Below, piece after piece: positions 1 to 7,828 of a stretch of DNA of 35,416 nt (position 1 is its first letter; the number at the start of each line of letters is the position of its first letter). Made by a program: the position numbers and the translations under genes. A model generated the notes under the pieces. The model was given only the letters and a program-made list of their open reading frames with translations. It searched no databases and was not told the origin of the DNA. Origin of the DNA: Gemmatimonadota bacterium (lineage in GTDB: Bacteria > Gemmatimonadota > Gemmatimonadetes > Gemmatimonadales > GWC2-71-9); contig JBDTQP010000002.1 of NCBI GenBank assembly GCA_039932125.1, positions 1 through 35,416 on the forward strand, written 5' to 3'.

Positions 1-250
1 CCGCCCCCTGAGTTTACGGATACGGACAGAAGTGTCCGCTCCACTCTTCTTCGACCTGCCACTTACCGGGTCCGATGCTGCCGGACGACGGGACCGGTAA
101 AAGCAAACGAAGTGCCGCCGATTGTGAAGAACGTAACTCTAACACTCGCAGCAGCTTACCAAAAATTCACGGCTCATTCTGGCGCGCTGAACCGAATAAC
201 TTTTTGACACGAGCGGCCATCACGCTGCAAGTCTGTTCAAGCCCAACAAC

Positions 251-1114
251 TTAGCTCGCTGTCGAAGGATCGACGGCGGGAGCCGACTGACGGTTGGCCA
301 GGTATTCACCAGGATTCGCTTCCGACGCGTTCTTAAGCCGCGTCCAGACAAGGGCACCGATCGCGAAGACAACCACGCTGGTAAGCTGCGCGATGGTGAA
401 TCCGCCGAGAAAACGGTCGTCCTTCGCGCGAACGAATTCGACGAGAAAGCGTTCAATGCCGGCGAACATCATGTAGACCCCGAAGAGGGCGCCGGTGCCC
501 CAGGCCTTCTTTCGAAGGCGCCACAATATCATGAACACGATCAGCATCGCCGTCGTCTCATACAACTGCGTAGGGTGGACGGCCATGACGGTCGTGGGAT
601 CAACCCCTTCCGGAATGGGAATCCGGAAGAGCGAGTGGAGGTTCTCGGCCGTTGAAGGGGGTAGTCCCTGCCGAAAACGAATTCCCCAGGGAAGGCTGGT
701 GGGAAGCCCGTAATCGTCGTTGACCATGAAGCATCCGACGCGACCCAGAGCGTAAGCCGCTGCCAGCGCAGGCGCGACGACGTGGGCGGTCCACCGGACC
801 GGCACGCGCAATCGCCAGCCATTCAATGCCACGCCGATACAGCCCCCGATGAATCCGCCGTACCATACCAGACCGCCGCGGGACCAGAGCGCGTTCAGAT
901 CATGCGTCAGCGCCACGTACCAGAGTTTGGCCCCGATAACGCCACCGATGACGGCGGCGATCGTGATCTCAGCGGCGTAGTCTTCCCGGAATCCGCGCCG
1001 GCGAAGCTCCAGGGTCATGAGCCAGCCGCCGGCCAGAAAACCGACCATCATCATGATCCCGTAGCCGGTGATTTCGAGCGGACCAAGCTTGAGAATGAAT
1101 GGATAAACGTCCAT
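251..1114 (-). CDS. lgt: prolipoprotein diacylglyceryl transferase
   Basis: 287-aa polytopic ORF with Lgt-type segments (GYGIMMMVGFLAG, GRVGCFMVNDDYG, HPTQLYE). Stop TAA at 251-253. Confidence 0.93.
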   Translation of the reverse strand: MDVYPFILKLGPLEITGYGIMMMVGFLAGGWLMTLELRRRGFREDYAAEITIAAVIGGVIGAKLWYVALTHDLNALWSRGGLVWYGGFIGGCIGVALNGWRLRVPVRWTAHVVAPALAAAYALGRVGCFMVNDDYGLPTSLPWGIRFRQGLPPSTAENLHSLFRIPIPEGVDPTTVMAVHPTQLYETTAMLIVFMILWRLRKKAWGTGALFGVYMMFAGIERFLVEFVRAKDDRFLGGFTIAQLTSVVVFAIGALVWTRLKNASEANPGEYLANRQSAPAVDPSTAS

Positions 1115-1137
1115 AGTCTTCCTTGATGTAAGGACTG

Positions 1138-2190
1138 CTAGGCTGATTGCGGAATCAGGAGGCCGGGAAATGGCAGATCGGCTCGCGCTTCCAGATCGAG
1201 CCCGCTCCGTTCACCGCGAGCGAGCCGCCAGACTCCCGCCGCACCGATCATCGCCGCATTGTCCGTATTGAGCCGCGGCGTCGCGGCCACCACCCTGGCC
1301 CTGCCGGCAAGCCGTTGCTCCAGCCGCCGCACCAGTTCACGGTTGCACGCGACACCACCACCAACCATGGCGGTGGGATAGCCGAGCGATTCAACCGCGT
1401 GCGCCGTCTTTTCTACCAGCACATCGAGCACCGCATCCTGGAACCCACGCGCAAGATGAGGGCGATCCCGGTCGAGATCCGTCGAGGCACGGGTCGCGCG
1501 GAGCACGGCCGTCTTGAGCCCGCTGAACGAGAACTCGTACTGCGCGCTTCCTTCCCGGTCCAGTTCCCGGAGCATAGGACGCGGAAATGAGAATCGGCCG
1601 GGATCGCCGGTTGCCGCAAGTTTTTCGATGAGCGGGCCCCCGGGATAACCCAGGCCCAGCAGCGTGGCAACTTTATCGAACGCCTCGCCGGCCGCGTCAT
1701 CTCTCGTCTGCCCAAGCAGGCGATACTCACCCCAGGCCGGTACATCGAGCAGCATGGTGTGCCCGCCGCTGACCAGCAGTGCCGCGAACGGCGGCGAAAA
1801 ATCCGGCTGTTCCAGTGTTGCGGCGAAGAGATGACCCTCGAGGTGATGCACCCCGAGCAGCGGGATCTCGTTGGCGAACGCGAGGCTCTTGCCGTACATG
1901 ACTCCCACCAGGAGGGCCCCCACGAGTCCCGGCCCCGCTGTTACCGCAACCGCGTTGATGTCCGCCATCGTCATGCCGGCATTTTCCAGCGCACGATCGA
2001 CCACAGTCGTGATGGTGCGAAGGTGAGCCCGGCTGGCCAGCTCCGGCACAACGCCGCCAAACACGGCATGGATATCCTGGGAAAGAATGATCAGGCTCTT
2101 GAGCGTCGCTTTCCCGTCGGCCGCGGACTCGAGCACCGACGCCGAGGTCTCATCACATGACGTTTCGATCGCCAGCAGATACCGGATCAT
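1138..2190 (-). CDS. tsaD: tRNA N6-adenosine threonylcarbamoyltransferase (Kae1/Gcp family)
   Basis: 350 aa. N-terminal LAIETSCDETSASV, HHLEGH metal site and GGGVACN near the C-terminus are typical TsaD. Confidence 0.95.
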   Translation of the reverse strand: MIRYLLAIETSCDETSASVLESAADGKATLKSLIILSQDIHAVFGGVVPELASRAHLRTITTVVDRALENAGMTMADINAVAVTAGPGLVGALLVGVMYGKSLAFANEIPLLGVHHLEGHLFAATLEQPDFSPPFAALLVSGGHTMLLDVPAWGEYRLLGQTRDDAAGEAFDKVATLLGLGYPGGPLIEKLAATGDPGRFSFPRPMLRELDREGSAQYEFSFSGLKTAVLRATRASTDLDRDRPHLARGFQDAVLDVLVEKTAHAVESLGYPTAMVGGGVACNRELVRRLEQRLAGRARVVAATPRLNTDNAAMIGAAGVWRLARGERSGLDLEARADLPFPGLLIPQSA

Positions 2191-2750
2191 TGCCGCCGGG
2201 CGATGCCGGATTGCGTGCCCGGCTCCTGCAGAAGGCGCTCAATCAGGGCCCGGTTCACCGGAGAACTCCAATCGTGCGCGCCGATGACCCGCCGGACAAT
2301 GATTCCGTCCTTCCCCACGAGAAAGCTCTCGGGAACTCCGGTCGTCTGGTAGACTTTCTGGATCGCGGTGCTGCGATCATGCAGGATATCGAACGTGAGT
2401 CCCAGGTCCGCGGCGAAACTGTTGACCACATCATCGGCATCCTCATCGATGCTGACGGCGGCGATGTTGAATCCGCTGTCCTTGAGATCGGTGTAAACCT
2501 TCTCCATCGACGGCATCTCAGTCCGGCAGGGCACACACCAGGTGGCCCAGATATTCACCAGCGTCACCGTGCCCTTGTATTTCTCATTAAGCGAAAGCGA
2601 ATCTCCGGTTCTCGAATCGGTCAGCCGGAAATCCGGCATACGGGAGCCCACCTCGACCCGTTCGATGCTTCCGCCAAACCGGGAGAGCGCTGTTGCGCCG
2701 GCGACCAGCCCGCCGAGTATAAGGAGAACCACAATCCATTGTCGAGACAT
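2187..2750 (-). CDS. membrane-anchored TlpA/ResA-like thiol:disulfide oxidoreductase (thioredoxin fold)
   Basis: 187 aa. N-terminal TM anchor (WIVVLLILGGLVAG) then a redoxin fold with active site WATWCVPC. SD GGTGAGGA upstream. ATGA overlap with the tsaD start (2187-2190). Confidence 0.85.
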   Translation of the reverse strand: MSRQWIVVLLILGGLVAGATALSRFGGSIERVEVGSRMPDFRLTDSRTGDSLSLNEKYKGTVTLVNIWATWCVPCRTEMPSMEKVYTDLKDSGFNIAAVSIDEDADDVVNSFAADLGLTFDILHDRSTAIQKVYQTTGVPESFLVGKDGIIVRRVIGAHDWSSPVNRALIERLLQEPGTQSGIARRQ

Positions 2751-2787
2751 TCAATCCTCACCAGGCATGTGACAGCGTCTCGGGAGG

Positions 2788-3453
2788 TCAGACGACTGTT
2801 CGACACTTCGCCAGCAGGGCACGGACAGCCCCGGCTGGATCCTTTTCACCAAACACCGCCGTCCCCGCGACAAAGGTGTCGGCGCCGGCACTCCAGGCTT
2901 TTTCAATGGTATCCACGGTAATGCCGCCATCAACTTCCAGCACGGCGCTCGACCCATGATTCTCGAGCATCGCTCGCGATCGGCGAATCTTGCCCGTGGA
3001 CCCCGGGATATATGATTGTCCGCCGAAGCCCGGGTTCACCGACATGACCAGCAACAGGTCCATGTCGTCGAGGACTTCGGAAACCATCGATACCGGGGTT
3101 GAAGGATTGATCGCGAGCCCCGCCTTCATCCCCCGTTCCCGCACCATGGCGAGATGTCGCTGGACGTGCACGGTCGCTTCGGCGTGGAAAGTAAAAACCG
3201 AGGCTCCGGCATCGGCGAACTCGGCGATGTATTTCTCCGGCTCGCGGACCATGAGATGAACATCGAGCGGGAGATCGGTTACCGAGCGGAGCGCCCGGAT
3301 AACTGGCGCGCCGAACGTGAGATTGGGGACGAACAATCCATCCATGACGTCGACGTGAATCCAGGAGGCTCCACCGGCGGCGGCTTGAGCCACCGCTTCA
3401 CGGAGACGACCGAGGTCGGCGCTCAGCACGCTGGGAGCGATGCGCGGATTCAT
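2788..3453 (-). CDS. rpe: ribulose-phosphate 3-epimerase
   Basis: 221 aa with PSVLSADLGRL, HVDVMDG, HLMV, MSVNPGFGGQ and VDGGI motifs. Confidence 0.95.
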   Translation of the reverse strand: MNPRIAPSVLSADLGRLREAVAQAAAGGASWIHVDVMDGLFVPNLTFGAPVIRALRSVTDLPLDVHLMVREPEKYIAEFADAGASVFTFHAEATVHVQRHLAMVRERGMKAGLAINPSTPVSMVSEVLDDMDLLLVMSVNPGFGGQSYIPGSTGKIRRSRAMLENHGSSAVLEVDGGITVDTIEKAWSAGADTFVAGTAVFGEKDPAGAVRALLAKCRTVV

Positions 3454-4211
3454 GAATCCTCTTTCCCGCTGATCACGATGTCTACCCGGCTGCCGCGCAC
3501 CAGTCGCGCGCCGGCGGCCGGTCGCTGTTCCAGCACGACGCCGGCGGCTCCCGGATTCGTCAGGACCCGAATCGCACCCACCGTGAGGCCGAGCCGCTCC
3601 ACGACGCGGCGAGCATCCTCGAGTGTCATTCCCACCACGCTGGGAACCCCGGTAGGAGGAGGACCACTGCTCAGCACCAGCGAGACCGGTGAGCCGCCGT
3701 CGCGGGCGGCACCCCCAGCCGGACGCGTCTGAACTACGACACCAGTCGGCGCGCTGGACTGCACTGAATCCTCCGAGCCGATCGTGAGTCCCGCCGCCAG
3801 GAGAACCTTGCGGGCGTCTCCCGCGTCGAAGTTGATCACGTCAGGCACCAGGATCTGGGCCGGTCCACTGCTCGGCGTCAGCTCCACCGTGCTGCCGCTG
3901 GCGAGCGTCGTTCCCGGCGGCGGGTCCTGCCACACGACTCGTCCCCTGACTACTCTGGGATCGGGCTCCTCAGCGGCGATCTTTATCCGGAACCCCGTCT
4001 TCGTGAGATCGGCCTGGGCTTCCGTGATGCCTTCGTCCAGCACGCGGGGAACCCGGAGATCGCGCGAGAAAATGGGAGCGGGGAAAAGCCAGAATGCGGA
4101 AACGAGATAGCCCAGCACCATGGCCATGCCGATGATGAGGAAACCTCGCAACAATCGCCGTCCCCGGACTGTCTTGAGAACTGGGGGTCCTTCATGCCGG
4201 CGAAATTTCAA
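3450..4211 (-). CDS. single-pass membrane protein with three extracytoplasmic PASTA repeats and no kinase or PBP domain
   Basis: Short basic N-tail (KFRRHEGPPVLKTVRGRRLLRG), one TM (FLIIGMAMVLGYLVSAFWLF), then three ~65-aa repeats of PASTA type (VP-x-V/L...G...V...P-x-G...G-S-x-V-x-L). Start is inferred as TTG 4211, which forms TTGA with the rsmB stop. The next ATG (4127) would cut the TM helix. The track ORF extension to 4508 overlaps rsmB out of frame. Confidence 0.8.
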   Translation of the reverse strand: MKFRRHEGPPVLKTVRGRRLLRGFLIIGMAMVLGYLVSAFWLFPAPIFSRDLRVPRVLDEGITEAQADLTKTGFRIKIAAEEPDPRVVRGRVVWQDPPPGTTLASGSTVELTPSSGPAQILVPDVINFDAGDARKVLLAAGLTIGSEDSVQSSAPTGVVVQTRPAGGAARDGGSPVSLVLSSGPPPTGVPSVVGMTLEDARRVVERLGLTVGAIRVLTNPGAAGVVLEQRPAAGARLVRGSRVDIVISGKEDS

Positions 4212-5389
4212 TGAGCGTTCCGGCGAAGCCTCGCCGCGTACGCTCCGTCCATCCGGTGCCGCTGCGGGAGAATCACCAGGTCTCCCCCCGGCGTGGCCAG
4301 CTCCGGTGGGATGTCCGGATTCGGCTCCCGCCGGAAGCTCGGATGGCGCGTCAGAAAGGCGTCCACCTGACACTCGTTCTCCTCTGGTTCCAGTGAGCAA
4401 GTGGCGTAAACTAACATCCCACCGGGCCGCACCTGCAGCGCCAGCGCATCCATCATGTTTCGCTGCTGAATGGCCAGGCCCTCGAGCGCTCCAGGCGTCA
4501 CCCGCCATCGCGCGTCGGGGTGCCGCGCAAAGGTGCCAGTGCCGAGACAGGGCGCATCGAGCAGCACGGCGTCAACCGGCCGTAGTGGCGGATGGAGGGC
4601 GTCGGCAACCATGACCAGCTCTCGACCGCTCCCCGCCCGCGCCGTGTTCTCACGCACCCTCTGAATTCTGAGTCTGCTGATATCAGCCGCGACGACCCGG
4701 GCGCCGCGATGAGCCATCGCCAGCGATTTACCGCCCGGCGCAGCGCAGGCATCATACATGAGAACGCCTGGCGCAGACGCGAACCGCGCGACCAGCGCCT
4801 GCGCGGGATCCTGCACGAGAAAGTCTCCCGTCTCGAATCCCGCGAGCTGATCAGGGCGGCGCGCATCCACGTAAACGCCCTGGCCGAACGGCGCAGCTTC
4901 CACTTCATGACCCTGGTGCCGCCACTGTTCGAGCAACTGGTCGAGCGGCACCCGCGCCGCTTGTACGGCCAGACGTGGCCGGGTGTCGTTCCATCGGAGC
5001 AGCGACGTGGTTTCTTCAGCGCCAAATCGCTGAATCCATCGCTCAACCAGCCACTCCGGGTGGGAGAACTGGGCGGCGAGCCTGGATACGACTTCTCTGA
5101 ATTCCCCGCCTTCAGGTCGCTCAGCAATGTCGGAACTCCCCACGCCAGATGCGTCGGTGTCAGTCGCATCGGACCGGGACATCTGTGCCGACAACTTTCT
5201 CAGCACAGCGTTCACGAACCCGGCCGCTCGCGCGCCGCTCGACTCGCGCGCGAGCGACACGCTGGTGTCCACCGCCGCATGGACCGGGACACGCTCGAGC
5301 GCTGTCAATTGGTACGCCCCTGCCCGGAGAATCTGCCGGAGTGGTTCGGGGACCACACTCCAGTCCCGAGTCACCAGCGGCGACAGCAT
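4208..5389 (-). CDS. rsmB: 16S rRNA (cytosine-C5) methyltransferase RsmB/Sun family; true start probably upstream of 5389
   Basis: 393 aa from the first canonical start. It has a SAM-MTase core (DACAAPGGKS, LLDAPCLGTG, VYATCSLEPEENE). About 69 more in-frame codons upstream (5390-5599) encode the NusB-like N-terminus (ARRAAVRILESCRAGRIFEHALE...DRRLAHEIAAGVLRRQSALDA) but contain no ATG, GTG or TTG. Confidence 0.9.
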   Translation of the reverse strand: MLSPLVTRDWSVVPEPLRQILRAGAYQLTALERVPVHAAVDTSVSLARESSGARAAGFVNAVLRKLSAQMSRSDATDTDASGVGSSDIAERPEGGEFREVVSRLAAQFSHPEWLVERWIQRFGAEETTSLLRWNDTRPRLAVQAARVPLDQLLEQWRHQGHEVEAAPFGQGVYVDARRPDQLAGFETGDFLVQDPAQALVARFASAPGVLMYDACAAPGGKSLAMAHRGARVVAADISRLRIQRVRENTARAGSGRELVMVADALHPPLRPVDAVLLDAPCLGTGTFARHPDARWRVTPGALEGLAIQQRNMMDALALQVRPGGMLVYATCSLEPEENECQVDAFLTRHPSFRREPNPDIPPELATPGGDLVILPQRHRMDGAYAARLRRNAH

Positions 5390-5595
5390 CGCGTCGAGCG
5401 CGCTCTGCCGACGTAGAACCCCCGCTGCGATCTCATGGGCGAGTCGCCGATCGCGTTCATCGAGCGATCGGGTGGCATCCTCAAGGGCATGCTCAAAGAT
5501 GCGGCCGGCCCGGCAGGATTCCAGGATTCGAACGGCAGCTCGCCGCGCCGCTGTCGCGCTCGAACCGGCGGGCGGCGTGTCCTTCGCTCTCGTTC

Positions 5596-6402
5596 TCAGC
5601 CGAGCATTCCCCGCGTAGGACTGGACGGGACGGCAACTTCGCGGCGCGGCATGCGCCCGGCGAGAAGCGCGAGCCGGCCCGCTTCTACCGCGAGACCCAT
5701 CGCCCGAGCCATGCCCACGGGGTCGGACGCTTCGGCGATGGCCGTGTTCATGAGAATGCCGTCGACGCCCTGTTCCATCGTGAGGCAGGCATCTGAGGCC
5801 GTCCCGACGCCCGCATCCACGATGACAGGCACTGAGAGTCGTGCCTTGATCGTTCTGATACTGTAGGGATTGAGCAGTCCCAATCCACTGCCGATTGGAG
5901 AGGCAAGGGGCATCACTGCCACGCAGCCGGCATCTTCCAGCTGAAGCGCGGTCACGAGATCGTCGTTGGTATATGCCATCACCTTGAAGCCTTCGCTCGC
6001 CAGCACGCGGGAGGCGGCCAGCAGCCCGGCGACGTCGGGGAGTAAAGTCTCGCGATCTCCGATGACCTCAAGTTTCACGAACTCGTTGAAGCCGGCCTCC
6101 CGGGCAAGGCGGGCATATCGAATGGCTTCCTCGGCGGTGTAACACCCCGCCGTGTTCGCGAGCAGAAAGAAACGTTCGAGGTCGAGATGATGCAGTATGC
6201 CTTCCTCTTTGGTCCGGTCGAGATCGACGCGGCGCACCGCGACGGTCACCACATCGGCGCCTGATGCTTCGAGCGCCTGGATCATCTCCTGGTTGTTTCG
6301 ATACTTCCCGGTGCCCACTAGAAGGCGTGACTGGAACGTTTGTCCGCCAATCACCAGGCGCGGATCGGTCGCGGTTACACTGGATACAAGCGTGCTGCTC
6401 AT
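5596..6402 (-). CDS. thiG: thiazole synthase
   Basis: 268 aa with typical ThiG sequence (LLVGTGKY, KLEVIGD, VMPLASPIGSG, VIVDAGVGTASDA, ILMNTAIA). Confidence 0.95.
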   Translation of the reverse strand: MSSTLVSSVTATDPRLVIGGQTFQSRLLVGTGKYRNNQEMIQALEASGADVVTVAVRRVDLDRTKEEGILHHLDLERFFLLANTAGCYTAEEAIRYARLAREAGFNEFVKLEVIGDRETLLPDVAGLLAASRVLASEGFKVMAYTNDDLVTALQLEDAGCVAVMPLASPIGSGLGLLNPYSIRTIKARLSVPVIVDAGVGTASDACLTMEQGVDGILMNTAIAEASDPVGMARAMGLAVEAGRLALLAGRMPRREVAVPSSPTRGMLG

Positions 6403-6445
6403 CGTTTCCCCTCAGATGCAACGCTGATGACCTTGATCGACAGCG

Positions 6446-6979
6446 TCAGTTATTGAATGTCACGTTTTCAGGAGGAGTTTTTGCCTTTACCTTAAGCGTC
6501 CCTTCTTCGTCATGGGCGATCGTCATGACGTAGAAAATTCCTTCAAACGTGCGCTCACTATGGATTTCTCCTACATATCCGGCCCGGACGAACGTGGTAT
6601 CGCCGCCCAGCGTCCAGGGCACACCGAGCGAGACCAGAGCAATGGTATCGGGGCACGCCGCCGTGCCCTTTCCGCACACGCCCCGCACGATTCCGTTTGA
6701 GACCATCTCAGCCAGCCACTCCGGCGTGTGCTCGAGGGGGACGGATGCTGAGTCAGCCGGCGGCAGGAGGACGGTCGGATTGAGATACATGCGACTGCTC
6801 CAATCGACGGGAAGGACCACTCCGGCTTTTGGAGTCAGCAGACGCTTGAGCTCGGCTACGGCAACGGTGTAGGCCTCTGACGTCACCTCATCCGATACCG
6901 GCATGATCTGCCGATCCGGCCGATTGGCACAGGCAACAACTGTCAGCGTCAGGAATCCTGTGAGTGTCGCGCGCAGCAT
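6446..6979 (-). CDS. hypothetical lipoprotein
   Basis: Signal peptide with lipobox (MLRATLTGFLTLTVVAC). GAGGA lies just upstream of ATG 6979. Alternative starts are ATG 6994 and TTG 7018. No recognisable family motifs. High GC3. Confidence 0.6.
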   Translation of the reverse strand: MLRATLTGFLTLTVVACANRPDRQIMPVSDEVTSEAYTVAVAELKRLLTPKAGVVLPVDWSSRMYLNPTVLLPPADSASVPLEHTPEWLAEMVSNGIVRGVCGKGTAACPDTIALVSLGVPWTLGGDTTFVRAGYVGEIHSERTFEGIFYVMTIAHDEEGTLKVKAKTPPENVTFNN

Positions 6980-7001
6980 ATTTCCTCGATCCATTGAAGT
7001 T

Positions 7002-7211
7002 TCAGCCACCGCCAACAAAGTGTACCAGCTCTACCGCATCGCCATTCCGCAGCGTGACCTCGGTGACGCTGCCGCGGCGGATGATCGCCCGGTTCACTTC
7101 GACAACGACGGTTCGCGGGTCCAGGCCGAGCTCGGTCAGCATGTCCGCCACGGTGGCCGGGCCGGCAATTCTCCGAGGCTCGCCGTTGATCGTGAGGTCG
7201 AGCTCGGTCAT
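7002..7211 (-). CDS. thiS: sulfur carrier protein ThiS
   Basis: 69 aa ending in VGGG (MTELDLTINGEP...AVELVHFVGGG). ATG 7211 overlaps the thiE stop as ATGA. Only the last 69 codons of track ORF 7002..7877 are genuine. Confidence 0.85.
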   Translation of the reverse strand: MTELDLTINGEPRRIAGPATVADMLTELGLDPRTVVVEVNRAIIRRGSVTEVTLRNGDAVELVHFVGGG

Positions 7212-7828
7212 TCGGTGCCCCACGATCGCAGGAACTCGGCAGTAGCGGCCGCGGGATCCCTGGCGCTCCAGAGTGCCGAGATGGAGGCCACGCCATAAGC
7301 CCCGGCTCTCCGCACTTCCGCGATGCGATCCGGCGTAATGCCACCGATCGCTATGACCGGCACGCCCAGGCCGGCGCAAACGGCAATTAGCTCCGGTCCC
7401 CCAACTGTCCCGCCAGGGTGGGATGATGTTGGAAATATGGTCCCCACCATCAGGTAATCGGCTCCCTGGTCGACCGCGGTGCCGGCTTCCTCCATGGTGT
7501 GTACTGAACATCCGATCCAGCCGTGGTGAAAGAATGTCCTGGCGTCCGCCGGTCGTAGATCGCTGTCCTTGAGCTGCACCCCGTGCGCGCCGAGTGCTGC
7601 TGCGATGTCCGGATGGCCGTTGACCACGACCGCTGCCTGGGGCGGGCTGGCCAGCGTCATGAACCGGCGTGTCATTGCCGCGATTCGAGCGCCACCGGCT
7701 TTTCGATCGCGAACGTGCAGTGCGACCGATGCTCCCCCCGATGCGATCGCCGCGGCGCGCACGGCCAGGTCTTCCAGCGCAAGCACGTCGCCGTCGGTCA
7801 CCGCGTGCACCCGGGGAAGCGGTCTCAC
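7208..7828 (-). CDS. thiE: thiamine-phosphate synthase
   Basis: ThiE motifs (HAVTD, LHVRDR, VNGHPDIA, GVQL, GCSVHT, ADYLMVGTIFPT, PVIAIGGI). Start is inferred as GTG 7828, forming GTGA with the fmt stop (7825-7827). The track ORF start 7987 would overlap fmt by 160 nt. Confidence 0.88.
   Translation of the reverse strand: MRPLPRVHAVTDGDVLALEDLAVRAAAIASGGASVALHVRDRKAGGARIAAMTRRFMTLASPPQAAVVVNGHPDIAAALGAHGVQLKDSDLRPADARTFFHHGWIGCSVHTMEEAGTAVDQGADYLMVGTIFPTSSHPGGTVGGPELIAVCAGLGVPVIAIGGITPDRIAEVRRAGAYGVASISALWSARDPAAATAEFLRSWGTE

Noticed and set aside
1-20. Possible tRNA 3' end at the window edge (ccgcc ccctgag)
   Set aside because: Only a fragment is visible. The implied acceptor stem (5' CTCAGGG) is atypical and no CCA follows. 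This cannot be supported.
103-160. tmRNA-like tag reading frame (GCA AAC GAA ... CTC GCA GCA GCT = ANE...LAAA)
   Set aside because: It is followed by TAC, not a stop codon. No tRNA-like acceptor or T-arm (GGTTCGA-type) or pseudoknot context is present on either side.
4212-4508. Upstream extension of the PASTA ORF
   Set aside because: It overlaps the 3' end of rsmB out of frame and is Gly/Ala/Arg-rich. The TTGA-coupled TTG at 4211 gives a sensible positive-inside N-tail.
6403-6445. TPP riboswitch upstream of thiG or thiE
   Set aside because: The gaps are 22-43 nt and hold only SD-like sequences (e.g. GAGGGGAAACG before thiG). No TPP aptamer core was seen.
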